Source of the DNA: Chrysomallon squamiferum
Taxonomy: Eukaryota; Animalia; Mollusca
DNA length: 64,000 nucleotides
Assembly: GCA_012295275.1 (NCBI GenBank)
Contig: CM022679.1
Coordinates: 1,240,001-1,304,000, forward strand
Direction of reading: 5' to 3'
Positions 39,151-54,260 of this stretch are shown here, piece after piece (position 1 is the stretch's first letter; every line of letters begins with the position of its first letter). The notes beneath the pieces were generated by a model, which saw nothing but the letters and a program-made list of their open reading frames with translations, had not been told where the DNA came from and did no database searches. The position numbers and the translations under genes were made by a program.

Positions 39151-40088
39151 TTTTACAAAAAAAAAAATTAAAATAATAATAAAAAAAACACGAAAAAAAC
39201 CACAAGCATAATATATAATACTATTTTTCAAAGCTACATCTTTTATTATTTGTTTTCTTTTAACATAATTATAAGAAATTAAATGTCCTGTAAAAAGATT
39301 GACTATAGCTATGAAAGATGAAATCTCAAAGCAATAACTACATTTTTAAACCTTTCTTTATATAACTGTAAAAAAAAAAAAAAAAATAAACATACTGTCA
39401 TAAAGGATGGATCTATGAGAAAGATGAAATCTCAAAAAGATACATTTTAGTGTTCTTATTTTCACTTATGTACCTGTAACAGATTACAGACACGCGTTTA
39501 TTGATGTGGAACAGATGTTCAGAGTTAAAACCTAATCATTTCTGATGACTTAGTAAGTTAGGAATTTTTGCTCACCGCAGACGAAGCCATTCGTATGTCT
39601 TGATAAATTTGAAAAAACTCTTTGGAAAAAAACTACATGTAAATTCCTATACGAGACGTAATGAGAAGATAATGATGACTGAGCTAAAATAGAAAGTATT
39701 AAAGTGCCTATTACCAGAGACATTAACATATATATTGCCCAGACATCAGCACAGTTATTGCCATGCATGCATTAACAAGCAGATTATCGTGAACATTAAC
39801 ATACATACAGCAGTACATGTTAGCACGCATATAATCACACACATTAGTATACGTATGTTATCAAACCTTTTAATATGTGTATTATCAAATGTAAATATAT
39901 AATTTTTATCAAATGTAAATATATATTTTTGTCAAATCTATTAATATATATATATATTAAAATACAGAGTAATAATAACATTATCAAAATTTCAAAAATT
40001 TGTGTGTGTGTGTGTAAGTATATGTGTGTGTGTTTGTGTGTGTATGTATGTATGTATGTATGTATGTGTGTGTGTGTGTATGTATGTA

Positions 40089-40128
<40 letters not shown>

Positions 40129-40563
40129 CATTGATTATCATTAGACATTCATTCATATGTGTAATTTAGAAATGTAATTTAAATAGAGCTTCAGTTAACT
40201 CACAGAGAGATGACCTATACAGAGAAATGAAGAACAGAACCTGAAGAGAGATGACCTATAGAAAAGGTCAATAAACTGTGCCAGCAGACACCAGAATTGC
40301 TGACTTAACATTTTCATTTTTATTTTTATTTTTTAAACTATTTCTTCAAGTGTTGAGGAAAGTAATTATTGTTTTTAAGTTGAGTAATAAGGAGAAGAAA
40401 AAGAAAAAGAATCACGTGTAATTCAGTTAAGGTGATGAGTTCGCAAACCTAACACAGAGCTTGAGTGTTGTAAATAAAAATAAACAAAAACACAACAAGA
40501 ATTAACATTAAAATGTTTCAGTTTAGTTAAATATTTTTTTCATTTGTGTGAATGCTCTCTCTC

Positions 40564-40643
<80 letters not shown>

Positions 40644-41922
40644 TTTCTTCCGTTATTCTGTACTTCCAAGTTATTTCCACCATAATAACATAAAAATACC
40701 TGTTATACAAATAATCCTAAGATAATCCTACTAAAGTCACTGAAAGACCTGCTTAATCCTTTAATCCTGCAGCAATCCTGCACAGACCTGCAGTAAAATT
40801 AGAAAATCTTTTTAGATGAAATAATGGAGAAAGCTTTCAGATTAAAACAAATATGTACTCAGTACTTATTTGCTCTACCCAGTACTGTTACATACTGCAT
40901 GTTATTACACAGACTTTATTTACAATGTGTATATGATATAAGTTCTTTTAACCAGGCATTCAATAGTTTCTGAATTTATCGTAAAGTTCAGTACCTGAAC
41001 AAAAAACTAGTTTTCAGAAAGTTATAAATGTATTTCCATGATTTTTGAATGTAACTGATTTTTTCAGGTAACTCATAATTTTTAGTAAATACCAGAATTG
41101 AAATAAAAGGTAGAATTAAGATAAAGATTTTTTTTCTTATTAAATTAAATTAAAATTATTTATACTTAGAAGTTACTAAACTTTTTAAATTTATTTTATT
41201 TTTATGATTATGATTATGTTTATTACGATTATTATTATTTTAATTATCATTCTTATTTTTCTTCTTCTTCTTCTTCTTCTTATTATTATTATGCACTATT
41301 ATTTTAAAACCCCAGGCAATGCCCTGGAGGTATGTAGAATATATTAAATTATTTAATTTTATCACAAAGGTTTTACATTTTAAACTTAAATGGCTGTATG
41401 AACGAAGCTAAATATTTTTCTTAATTTTTTGGTTTAAAACTCTATTTTTAAAACTCCACTAATACACTTTCTTAATGTCTTCAGAAACCACTCATAAAAA
41501 TATTTAACTACACAGGTATTACAGACCAACAAATGGAGTCAATTTAGTTTTTTTGGTTTTCCTTGCTAAATTTACAGTTTTGTGTAAGCACTTTGTGTAA
41601 AGTACAAAAGATGTAATTTTCAGATTGCATGATGTGATGCTGTAGATGATGTCTCACTGGAAAAGAATTCTGAATTTCTTTGTCTCTGTTTCTCAGGTTT
41701 CACTTCTAGTTAGAGTTTGTGAGGTGTACAGATGTCTGTTCAGTTTGTTCTAATTTTGTCACCTTCCCTGGAGAGTTCCACTACTTCATCTGCTGAAGTC
41801 TGATTGGTCAGAAATATGAAATATTAAAATTCCTTTCAACCACAATATTTTCTCTCTCATTACTTTGGTTTCTTTCATATTTCTTTTCCATATGTGTGTC
41901 TGTCTCTATTTATTCTGTCTTT

Positions 41923-42037
<115 letters not shown>

Positions 42038-43850
42038 CTCTGTTTTAGATTGATAAAAATGTATATTATTGACACATAAAAAGAACAAAAAGTAATTTCT
42101 ACCTCACAGTACTTACCAATATGTTTTCTCTTCAGATTTCTGATTTAAACTGTGTTTGGTTTCATTTCTTAACCACCAACACAATCTTATAATCCCAGCT
42201 ACTTAATCTTAATCTCATTATCATAATCTACATCATGTTACTGCTAATTACAGGTAATTAGACCCCCTACATTTACATATAAACCAGGTGTTTTCACATA
42301 CAACAGTTTAATTTATCTGTGTACTGATTTATTAAGATTTTATTATATACTGACATACACACACAGAGAGATGGACACATATACACACATATACACATAT
42401 ATACACACATATACACACATACACACATATATACATACACAGATATACACAGAGAAACAGAGACACACAACTACAGACACAGACACACACAGACACACAC
42501 AAACATACACATACAGAAACACAGACATACATAAACTCAAACAGACACACACACAGACATACATACAACATTCCCACTTGAACCTGGGTTAACAGTTTAT
42601 ATTCTACATGTTTTATTATTTTTACTGTTAAAATTATTTTCTCGCCTCAATTTGTGACTGGCATTTTCAACTCTTGTCACAAAACTGTTTAACTAATATT
42701 TACTGTTACAGTGCAGGTAGAAGAGTTGTTGATGCTTTACACTGACCTTTGACCCGTTGACACTGAGTACTATGTCACATCTTGATTTTCTAAAAAGAAA
42801 GAAATATAGAAATTAATTAATTAGAAAATACATAAATATGTAAATAAATAAATTAAAAAGTACACAAACAAACAAATAAATAAATAAAAATAAATTTAAA
42901 AATTGCATATATTTACTTTTATTTAATTTGTTAGTGTTTTTAAAGCTAGTATTTTGTTTTAAAAGCCATTTCTACAGGTTTATTTAAAATCACTGTACAT
43001 TATTACCATAGTAAAGTAACAACAAATAACATTATAATAATAACTGGAAAATAAGTAAATAAACAAATATAATAAAATAAATAAATAAATAAATTATAAA
43101 AAGAAGAAAGAAATTAGAAAATAAGAAAAATAAAGAAATAAAGAAAGAAATACATAAAAAATTGAATGAGTAAATAAATAAATGGTGATCATTGTTATTA
43201 TTATAATTATTTTTATTAGTAGTAGTAATAGTAATAGTATTTTGATTATTATTATTTATTTATTTATTTATTTATTATTGTTATTACTACTATTATTATT
43301 ATTATTACTATTGTTATCATTATTATTATTATTATTGTTGTTATTTGTACTATTGTTATTATTATTATTATTACTATTATAATTATTATTACTATTATTA
43401 CTATTATTACTATTATTACTATTATTGCTATTATTACTATTATTGCTATTATTGCTATTATTGCTCTGTGAGATAGATTGTCAGAGAAAACTGTGTGGTT
43501 TTGTTTCAAACCAGGTCAGTATGAGACGAATGTGTTTTATGGAAACCAGTTCAACCATTACAATTTGGATTAAGCGTGTTTGAACTAATCAAAAACTGTG
43601 CAATATTAACTCCAAGTCACTCCAGTAGTTACCCATTGAGCCTGGTCCTTTTTTTAATAACTTATATCTTACCTGTACAGGTAATCACAGCATACCTCAC
43701 CTGTTGGAGTAGGTAGCAGTATTCATTCACCTATAATTAAACCAGGTAGAAATATAAACAGTGACAGAGGTTATGGTTTTAATGACGAAGTGGTTGAAAT
43801 AAAAAGGATTTCTGATGATCCTGTCTGCGTGGGTGTGTAGGTATTCCAAC

Positions 43851-43972
43851 ATGGCACGTTTGGCATCATCCAGAAAAATGCTGCCATGTTTGTATCAGCA
43901 GGTTGATCCAGAAAGCGATGACGATGATAACGATGATGAGGAGATTATTTACTGTGACGGTGTTGTTGAAAG
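43851..43972 (+). CDS. ANKFN1: Putative alternative first coding exon C (MARLASSRKMLPCLYQQVDPESDDDDNDDEEIIYCDGVVE-S)
   Basis: Strong context ccAACATGG; 40 protein-like codons with acidic run; AAG|GTTTGA donor; phase 2 (AG+T=Ser) fits exon 45108. Confidence 0.6.
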
Positions 43973-45107
43973 GTTTGACGATGTGTTTGTTTATTTCACC
44001 GATGTGTTATATACTTCAGTTTTTATTCATACTATTTATATACATACTGACTTTAAAATTATATGTAATAAGTTATATAGTTATATAGCTCTAGATTACA
44101 TATCTGATTTATCTTACACTTGCACAGTACTTGGTTCTTTTCTGTTGTAGTGGTTATCTTGAAATGATGACTCTAAAATTATGTTTTATGATTTCTACAG
44201 TACATTATTATATTTTATGAGAAAAAAAAAGTTTGAATACACAAACAAAGGGATAGTGTATTACAAGTTTTTTAAAATACATGTGATAAAATATACAGCA
44301 CCTACTTCTTTTTAATACTGTTAATAATAAACAACAATAAACAAACATACAGGAATATTCAAACACACTGATGCATACAGACACTCATATACATATTATA
44401 TTCTTATTTCAGGGTTATTATTAATACTACTACTACTACTGCTTCTGCTACTGCTATCACTGCTATTCTCATCATCAACATTTTAGCATTTATAACTATT
44501 ACCATTATTGTTGTTAATGTGTTAATAATAATTAATGATAATAAAAACAATAATAATAACAAAAATAATAATAACTGTTATTATTATTATTATTAAAACA
44601 TTATGTCATATACAGTTATCTTCTTACACACAGATAAGTAATATGTACAGATATTTCTCCATATGAGTCTGTCTGTGTCTTCACAAATGTGCTTGAACCC
44701 AAATTCTGAGTGTCTGTGTTTGTAACAGATGTGATGTGTTCTGTGACAAATGTTCTTATTCTGTTGTTTCTGTTTTATTTATTCATTCATTCATTCATTC
44801 ATTCATTTATGTATTTATTTGTTTTTTTGTTTTTTTTTAAACTTAGTTTCAAATAATTTACCTGAAAACAACACCTGGAAAAGTTTGAATTATTTATAAT
44901 TACTTACATATTACTTATGATAAAAGATTTTTTCTGATTGTTATTCTTTGTGGGTTTTTGTCGTTGTTGCTGCTGTTCTTGTTGTTATTGTAAAATACAG
45001 CTGATTTTATTAAAGATTTCAGAGAAAAAGAACTCATCTTACAAAAAGAAAAACTCAAAGCAGATGATTTCACTAAATAATCAATTAATGTATTTTGTTA
45101 TTTTCAG

Positions 45108-45256
45108 TGGTGATGGACGGACACTAAGCATACACACAGACATGCAACAGACAATGGACGGCATTTCTCTGACTGGGTCACCTAGTGCTCCAGCATTTCT
45201 CAGTAAAATCCTCACAACAAACCCATCACCCCGGTCATCTCGTCAACTGACCACCT
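45108..45256 (+). CDS. ANKFN1: ANKFN1-like exon (GDGRTLSIHTDMQQTMDGISLTGSPSAPAFLSKILTTNPSPRSSRQLTT)
   Basis: tattttgttattttcag|, T|GTAAGT, phase 2-1, open frame (inside ORF 44938..45357). Confidence 0.88.
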
Positions 45257-47272
45257 GTAAGTGTTGTTATACTGACCATCAGCTGTTGTATAGACAAAAC
45301 AGAATGTTAATAATACTTTCACTCTTCTATAGTAATGTTGTAATCTCTTTATTCTAACCAGTATCATTCATGTGTGTTCCTGTGTATTGTGTTAGTAGTT
45401 TTATTATTATATTGTAATATATATGTCTTATTACATATATCCGTGTTTCATTAATAATAATGACATTATATGTATACTTATTGTTATAAACTATGTAGTG
45501 TGTGTGTGTGTGTGTGTGTGTGTATAAAACAGTATATATATTTATTATTATATACCTTTTATTTATTAATTAAAATATTACTGTATAAATGTTATTATTA
45601 CATATATCTTGTTATTACATAATATAGTATATATTTGTTATTATACTAGTTATTACCTATCATACCTATAACACCTGTTGGATGCTGAAATCAGAAATAA
45701 AATTAATGACTAATCTTTTTTTATATAATTAAAATCTCCACAGATTTAAATAAACAACTTTCTTTATGATATAACAAAAGAACTACAGATATTCCTAAGT
45801 ACCCTGTTAACTAGTAAAAAAACATTTCACAGGATTAACTCCCCTTGTTTACCCTGACTTTCCCTTAATTAGCCTGATTTACAGCACTCATCTCCTTTCA
45901 TGAGTTGAACACATTAAAACAATTAGCTGGTTTGTTCCTTTCCTTTGATGTGACAAAAAAAGAACAACAGAAGTTGATACGTTTGTTATGAACAGATGTG
46001 TAGAAAATAGTATTAAAATCTGATATTAAGTGTTTTGTTGTTATAAACAGTCACCTGAAAACAGTTTCTCAACTAGATGGCAGGTGGAAAGGTTCTGTTG
46101 TTATAAACTTTTTATAAAATAAGTCAAAAACTGGCGTTAATTTGTGATAAATTCCCATATGTGGAGAAATGTTGTAAATATCTGACAGGCATATGATCAG
46201 GTTTTGAGCTGACACATACAGGTGTACAGGAAACAGTTTTTCAAACAAGAGTTAATCATAAATTGTGTTATAAACAGTTATTTAGAGAGTAGTACTTAAA
46301 CAAGTCAAAGTTAAAAATGTTTATTTTGAAAAGAGTAAGATAAAATTAGGAAAGAGAGGATATATATAAAAGTTGTTTAGAACATATGACAAACAGGTGA
46401 AACTTTTATATTGTTAGAAACTGCTGTTTTCATGATAGTATCTTGATTATATACAAACTGTTGTATGAAATTTAAATTTTAAACTATTTTTTAGTAACAA
46501 ATAGCTACAAGGAAAGGAGAAATGTGACATCAGTATAAACTCAAGTTATAGTAACATAAATAGTTGTATAAATGTAGAATTGCATAGTTTAACATAAACT
46601 GTAATAGAAACAGTGGTACTGAAATTGTATCATAGAAGGAATTTAATAAAAGGGTTATATCAATATACATTAATAGAGAAGTCAGTGTTATGTCTGAAGT
46701 TTAAAATATTATGTTATGTTGTAAGGAAACACTTATCTCAGTAAGAATAGGTTTAAAGTTGAGTGGATATTTTAAATAATTAAGTTTCCAAAAAACAAAT
46801 CATGGGTAAAACCTGTTGGTTACTTTCTCAAGTAACCATTGGTTACAAGCGGTTACATGAATCAGGTAATTTTATTTCACTTTTGTTAATATTTAATTTA
46901 TTTTTAATGCATTATATATTTTATAAATATTTTGTTTTTCTTTCTTATTTTTATTTGTTTTATTCATATTTGTGTCCCTTTTAAAATTATTTTAATTTTT
47001 ATTTTAGAGTTATCTCTATTTTTTATAAATGTAAAATCATGTTTGTCATTAAAATTTTGGTTTAAATGTTAGCAGCATTTTATTTCTTTTATTTCATTTA
47101 TTTATTTATTTTAATTTTATTTTTAATTATTATTATTTATTTTTTCTTATTTCTGTAAAAATGATTTTATTTATGTTTTGTTTTGTTTTTTTCGATTTTC
47201 TTGTTATGATTTCCTTGTAAAATAAAACAGATTATTTCTGTGTAGAATCAATATTCAAAGTTTTATTTTCAG

Positions 47273-47380
47273 TGACTCCTCGTAAGAAGGGTTCAGTGGG
47301 GGACATTGAGGGAATCTCCCCCAACAAAGCAGACAGACGACGCAGTGAGAGAGAGAAGAAACCCTCATATGACATCAGCA
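47273..47380 (+). CDS. ANKFN1: ANKFN1-like exon (LTPRKKGSVGDIEGISPNKADRRRSEREKKPSYDIS)
   Basis: ttttattttcag|, A|GTGAGT, phase 1-1, 108 nt. Confidence 0.9.
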
Positions 47381-47477
47381 GTGAGTTACTTTGTCTGTCC
47401 TACACTACAGTGTTGTTGTTACTAACAGTATTACTGTTTTTATTATTATTACTATTGTTATTTTATTATTACGAACA

Positions 47478-47508
<31 letters not shown>

Positions 47509-48275
47509 TATTTATTTATTTATTTTATCCTTATTATTTTTCAGTCTTTTTTTGTTCTTTATTTCATTTTATTTTTTAACTTTTGTTAACAGATTATTCA
47601 TAAATTCAATATTTCACACACAGTTATAACATACACACTTTTATTTCACAGACACAAACACTAATACAGTATTTTAATTTAACAGTGTAATACACTGAAC
47701 ACTGTTAAATAATGATAATATTTTTATGTAGACTTATTTTTCTACACAAACCTTTAGCACATATAAAATATATATTAAGGACAATTCATATGAATTGAGC
47801 TAAAACTAACAAATCATTAAGAAAATATATATATCTCTGTTTGTAAGTAAAACTGTTCAGTTTAAAATGACGTGACTGCTTCATTGCTGACAGTCACAAC
47901 ATTGACACACCGCGTCACCTCAGCTGTGGCAACTGACATCAAAATGTCAGTGATTGTAAATAGTTAGAAAATGTCAAAGTTGATTGTCTTGTTAAAGAAG
48001 TGAGCTCACCTGTGACAGGTAGACAGGTAAAATAGTGTGTAAAGTTGTAAGTAATACCTGAAGTAATTAAAGTCAAATATTGAGTCAGGTGAGAAATAAA
48101 ACTGTGAATTGTGTCTGTCTCTGTCACCTAGCACTGCCTGGCTATCAAACGTTCATTTCTTTAATTAGTAAAACATTTCATCATTTGTTTATTTATTTAT
48201 TTAATTTTTTTTAATTTTTTTAATTTTATTTAAATCAGTTTTTTTAAATTTAATTAATTTATTTAATTTGCTTAC

Positions 48276-48341
<66 letters not shown>

Positions 48342-49020
48342 TTTATTTTATTTTATTTTTTTTTTTTTGTTCATAGCTGTTCACATCAATCTTTATTTAT
48401 TTTATATATGAATTTTTATTTTTATATAAATTTATTTTATTTTATTTTTGCTCATTTTTTAAACTTATTAACAGTCCTAAATAAATTTCTTTCTATTAGC
48501 ATTTTTATTAACATGATACAGGCAATACTTTTCTTATCAAAAGAAAGTGATTTAAAAAAAAAAAAAATTTAAGTCTTATGGGAAATATTGCATAGCTGAA
48601 TCATAATTTAATTTAAATAATCATTAAAAAATTTGTAATTTTAATAAAATAAATTAGCTATATATGGTTACTTTTATCTTCTAAATTCTATTGTACTCAA
48701 ACACCCACACACTCAGCTACTCAACGACTCTGAAACAGATAGTTTAATATCAACTGTTATTCCACATCAAACAGTTTCTGTGTGGTGATATGACAGAGAG
48801 GAAACCTGATGTCATCTCTCCAAGGACTCTTTTTATCAAATAACAGTTATCAGAGGCAGAGATAAACTACAGTTTCGAACCTATGACCTGATCTACGTCA
48901 CGCTGGTATCTAACCACGTAATTACAGCGTGGGTGATAGTTATAGTAAGAGATAAGACCAGGACAGTTTTAGTACACACCACTGTGTCATCTTGTACACA
49001 CAGCTTTTTGTTTAACACAG

Positions 49021-49260
49021 AGAGGCCCAGTGGTTAGAACTCTTGCTTAATATATGTTTGGTCACAGGATCAATTCTTGGTCACACTCATGTTATGTTAT
49101 ATTCAGTTCCAACCAGTGCTGGCTGTTTAATAAATAACACAGTATGTTAATAGATTTAGTATTCAGTGATTAAGATGATAAAACATGCTGTTTATTGTCA
49201 TTGCTATAGATATTCTTTTATAAAATATTCCTTGTTGCTAATTTATCAGAGTAATATGTG
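49021..49260 (+). mobile_element. Second degraded copy of the same SINE
   Basis: GCCCAGTGGTTAGA (A-box-like), GGATCAATTC (B-box-like), TTCCAACCAGTGCT and TAAAATATTCCTTGTTGCTAAT shared with 32870-33185. Confidence 0.6.
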
Positions 49261-49901
49261 TTTAAAATAACAAAATAATTGAAATCTATTTCTAAAAAAA
49301 ATGTATTTATTTTATTAAAGTAACAGAAATATGATTTCCTCTTTCATTTATTTTATTTTTAATATATAAAAGGTTCTGATATCATTATTCATTCAATGGA
49401 TTCATCAAATTTTCCTATGATAGTTTACACCCTTTCAGACTCATCCTGTTTCGATTATTTGTACACTTAAGCAATGAAATCATTTATAACATAATTATTA
49501 ATTGTTTAATTTTTTTTTTTCAAAATTTTATTTATTTTTTGTGACTTTAATTGTGTACATTACTAACTGAATTTATCAGTTTTAATAAATTTGTATTTTT
49601 ACTGTTAAAGTGAAAGTCAAGCAGGCTAACTGATTTTTGTCAGGGGTGATAATGAAGCATTTCCAATGACTTAGTCTTTATAGAACATTTGTTTTTCTTA
49701 TAATTGGTTTATTCAAACATCTTCAGTCTTACTGAGTCATCCCGAAATTTCACAACAGTCAAGTAAATAAAATAAATAAAAATATACACATATATTATTT
49801 ATTGTTTTAGTAAATAGATTTATTTAAAATTACTACTATAATAACTGATTGCTACAACTACTACTTCTATTACTACTACTACTACTACTACTAAAACTAC
49901 C

Positions 49902-49937
<36 letters not shown>

Positions 49938-50489
49938 GAATTTATGTTATCAGCAGATTGACAGCAAAACACAGTACAATATCAACCTAATCTAAGTGAT
50001 TTAAACACTCCATACCAGTCTTTGTAACATTTTTTACATTTTTTTATCAAGTATAATAATATATAGAACAATGATAAATTCCAGTTACAGCAATGATGAA
50101 CTCTGTGATACCCTGAAAATGTTGCCTAATATTGTTGTTATTATTACTTTTTCTTTATATGTAATAATTTATATGTGATAATTGTAACATATTGAAAGTA
50201 TTACAAACACATCGTGTAATAATATTATTTGACAATTTGTATAATTAACACTTTTTTAGTGTAATTAATAATATTATATAAAAAAGGTATAAAATATGCT
50301 GATTCAACTCAGTGCTAATGCTAAAACTAAAACTGACAAATATTGCTACTCAAATCATATCAAAATTAAAACTTGTTATATATTTATATGATAAATAAAT
50401 AAATAAACAAATATTCTGTTATCAGTTTTATTTTGAAAAGGTATTAACTTCATTTTAAAATTAATGGTATTATCATAAATTTCTATAAC

Positions 50490-51392
50490 AAGTAAATATA
50501 CATCTGGAGATGATATAACAAAAATATATTTACTGTATAACTAAAACTATTGTTACATATTTGTATAACAAATAACTATATATCCAGTGATGTTAAAACA
50601 AAAATATATTTACTGCATAACTAAAACTATTGTTAGATATTTGTATAACAAATAACTATATATCCAGTGATGTTAAAACAAAAATATATTTACTGCATAA
50701 CTAAAACTATTGTTAGATATTTGTATAACAAATAACTTTATATCCAGTGATGTTAAAACAAAAATATATTTACTGTATAACTAAAACAATTGTTACATAT
50801 TTGTATAACAAATAACTTTATAAACAGTGATGTTAAAACAAAAATATATTTACTGTATAACTAAAACAATTGTTACATATTTGTATAACAAATAACTTTA
50901 TATCCAGTGATGTTAAAACAAAAATATATTTACTGTATAACTAAAACAATTGTTACATATTTGTATAACAAATAACTTTATATCCAGTGATGTTAAAAAA
51001 AAAAATATATTTACTGTATAACTAAAACTATTGTTAGATATTTGTATAACAAATAACTTTATATCCAGTGATGTTAAAACAAAAATATATTTACTGTATA
51101 ACTAAAACAATTGTTACATATTTGTATAACAAATAACTATATATCCAGTGATGTTAAAACAAAAATATATTTACTGTATAACTAAAACAATTGTTACATA
51201 TTTGTATAACAAATAACTTTATATCCAGTGATGTTAAAACAAAAATATATTTACTGTATAACTAAAACAATAGTTACATATTTGTATAACAACTAACTAT
51301 ATAGCCAGTGATGTTAAAACAAAAATATATTTACTGTATAACTAAAACAATTGTATAACAAATAACTATATAGCCAGTGATGTTACAACAAA
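50490..51392 (+). repeat. 80-bp AT-rich minisatellite, ~11 copies
   Basis: TATCCAGTGATGTTAAAACAAAAATATATTTACTG... at 50581, 50661, 50741 ... 51302. Confidence 0.97.
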
Positions 51393-52096
51393 AAGGCATT
51401 CAGACTAAAACTAACAACTATTGTTTACAATTAGCACTCTCCTCTCTCATACAACTGTTGAACAAACAACTCCACAAACAACACCTTGTTAAAACAAAGC
51501 TTTCTCCACCGCAAAGCTCACTTGACGCTTCCCTCAGTTTGAGCAAAGGTGTCACAGGGGAGGGGTTCCTTTCAAACTTCACCTCAGTCAAGAAAACATT
51601 TGTTACAAAGTCATGTGGTTAAAGTCAGCCAATGAAAACACAGAACAAATCAATAACGCGTTTAATAACACAAGTAGCAGAGTTGCATTCATTCACCACT
51701 GAGATACGTGTTTTACTAAGTTCTACACTGCAGGTAATTGTGTTTGTTAGACAGAGGAACAGTTATAACATTGTTTTACATGCTGTAACTAAAATAACTT
51801 GTTGTTGTGCAGAGGTTCAGTTATTACACTGTTTTAATTAATTACAACTTTTTTTACCAGTAGTACATGTTGTTACAATGTATAATTATGTTAGTTGTTT
51901 ATTTATTTCTCTGTATATCATTAGTAATAATTGTTTTTACCAATTTATTTATTATTTATTTGTTTGTTTGGTTGCATAGTTAATAGTTCTGAATTTATTT
52001 TCTATATCACATGCACATTTATTTTTTCCACTTGTAGTGTAAAAATGATGTCTATATTTTATTTCAGTTAATAAAAACCAATGTTTTACATTTCAG

Positions 52097-52175
52097 CTTT
52101 GTTTTATGCTGTGGAGCATCAGGAGTTAGAACTGGTTAAAGCAATACTTGAAACTGGGAGTGTGCAAATTAACAG
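52097..52175 (+). CDS. ANKFN1: ANKFN1 ankyrin repeat 1 exon (TLFYAVEHQELELVKAILETGSVQINS)
   Basis: ttttacatttcag|, CAG|GTGAGT, phase 1-2; LFxAVEHQ..V..IL motif of the first ANKFN1/wake ankyrin repeat. Confidence 0.93.
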
Positions 52176-54260
52176 GTGAGTTTTATTTTTTACCTTATTA
52201 CTGTCTGTCTGTACTTATGAACCCAGACATACAGCCGCACACACAGACATACATACACAGGTACATAGAGACATATATGTAGTATTTACCTGTGTTCTCC
52301 GGTGCAAGCCTGTATAATGTTCTTTGTATGTGAAGGTATTTTTGTTATATAACTTATCTGTACACATAATGGAACTGGTTAGAAAACAAGTTTGAGAGCT
52401 GATGTACAGAGGATCAAAGCTGCACTGTGTGCTGAGTGGGGTGTTTCTCATTCTAACCACTACCTCAAATAACTCTCATACTGATATCAGTCATGTGTTT
52501 TACTGTATTTGGGAAGGTACACACAAATAATTTTTGATGCTAACTGATAATAATAATAATAATAAAAAAATTAATAATTAAATAAATAAATAAAATGTTT
52601 TCATAACAGTTACAGCAGAACAATTTTTTTCTCTCGTCATTGTTAATTGGCTATCACGTAACAAATACTTAAAAAGAGAATTAAAAACAATATATTAAAT
52701 ATACTTCTGCTGTATATGTCGTATTATCTACCTGTATATAAATAAAGTAAGCTGAAACATAGGATAATATTAACACACAAATCACAAATCTGTTTTTGAT
52801 GATTTTTTTTTATTACAAGTCTGATAAATACATTGTAAATAACAATGATACTTTTGCAGTAACAGTTATAACATTTTATTAAAAAAAAAAAAAAAAAAAA
52901 TTTTTTTTTTTTTTTTTTTTTTTTGTTGATATTAATATAACACCTGAAATATTAAAACAAATATGTCAGTTTTTTCTCATTTCATAGATTAGAGTCATTT
53001 ATAATTATTTATATTTTTTGGTTATTGCTATTTATTACTTTTGTGTGTTTTTTGTCAAATAATTTCATCTCATTAAGTAAAAGATATATAAAAAAATAAT
53101 TATAAATGGTATTGCAAAAAAAATATACATTTATAAAATTAATGAAACAAGAGAAATTATGTCTATAAATAAATAAAATTTGGTTAAAAATCACTAATGT
53201 AAATAAATATTTTTTGTAAAATATGTAAATGAACAAATAAAATAAAATGTTTTTTATAATTTAACAAATAAATAAATAAATAAAGGTGAGACTACAACAG
53301 GTGACGTGAAGTAAAATTAAAATAAAATGAAGTAAAAGTAAAGTAAAAATGAAGTGAAAATTAAGATTGGTAAAAACAAAAGTGAAATGAAGTAAAAAAT
53401 AACATAAAAATAAAGTTGTAAAGTAAAAAATGAAGTACAAATGAAGTGAAAAGAATAAAGTGAAAATGAAGTGAAAATGAAACATGACTGAGAGGGGAGC
53501 AGGTGTTTGTATTAAATAACAATGAAACTGTGAAGTGGTCACTAACTGTATAAATTAATTGTCAGTGGACAGATTGTGTAAGTCCAGCAACAGGTTTGAC
53601 CACTGACCTGTCTCTCACAGTGATAAGTGGGATGTGGGTGGTCAATTTACACATTGCATTGTAATCAGGTGGTCTGCTATATAGGTATGAGTGTATAAAT
53701 AAATATATTCATTTTATTTCACTGCATGGTGTGTTCAAAATGTGTTTCATTTGTGAATAATAATAATTATTATTATAACAAAAACAATAAAAAAATAATA
53801 ATAATAGTGCTAATAATAATAATAATAATAATATATTAATATATCATTTTATAAATTATTTATTTATTTATTATATTTATTTTTCAGTTTAAACTGAAAA
53901 TAAAACTGATATTTCAAATTATAATTTTTTATAATGAAATAATAAAAATGTATTACCTTAAGCAGTGAAAAATTGATACCATTCAACTTTTGTTTCAGTT
54001 AAAAAAATTAAAATTGTACAAATTCTACTTTATTTTAGAAAACCTTTCAACATTGCTCAACTATTATGTTAGTTAATAATTTAAAATTTCATGAGCCACA
54101 ACTTTAAAGAAATTAAAATTAAAAAAAAAAGATTGGACACCACTGTTATTTCAGATAAAAATAAAATATTTGTCTAATTTTTTAAATTGTATTTAATGGA
54201 AATTTGACAGATGTCTTACTAGAGATAAAAATTTTAAAATTCACTAAAATGTTTTAAATT

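Noticed and set aside
52881-52924. A20-T24 perfect hairpin; also 12-bp stem at 47677-47710
   Set aside because: Homopolymer juxtaposition or short local duplication in AT-rich DNA; not a terminator or recognisable ncRNA.
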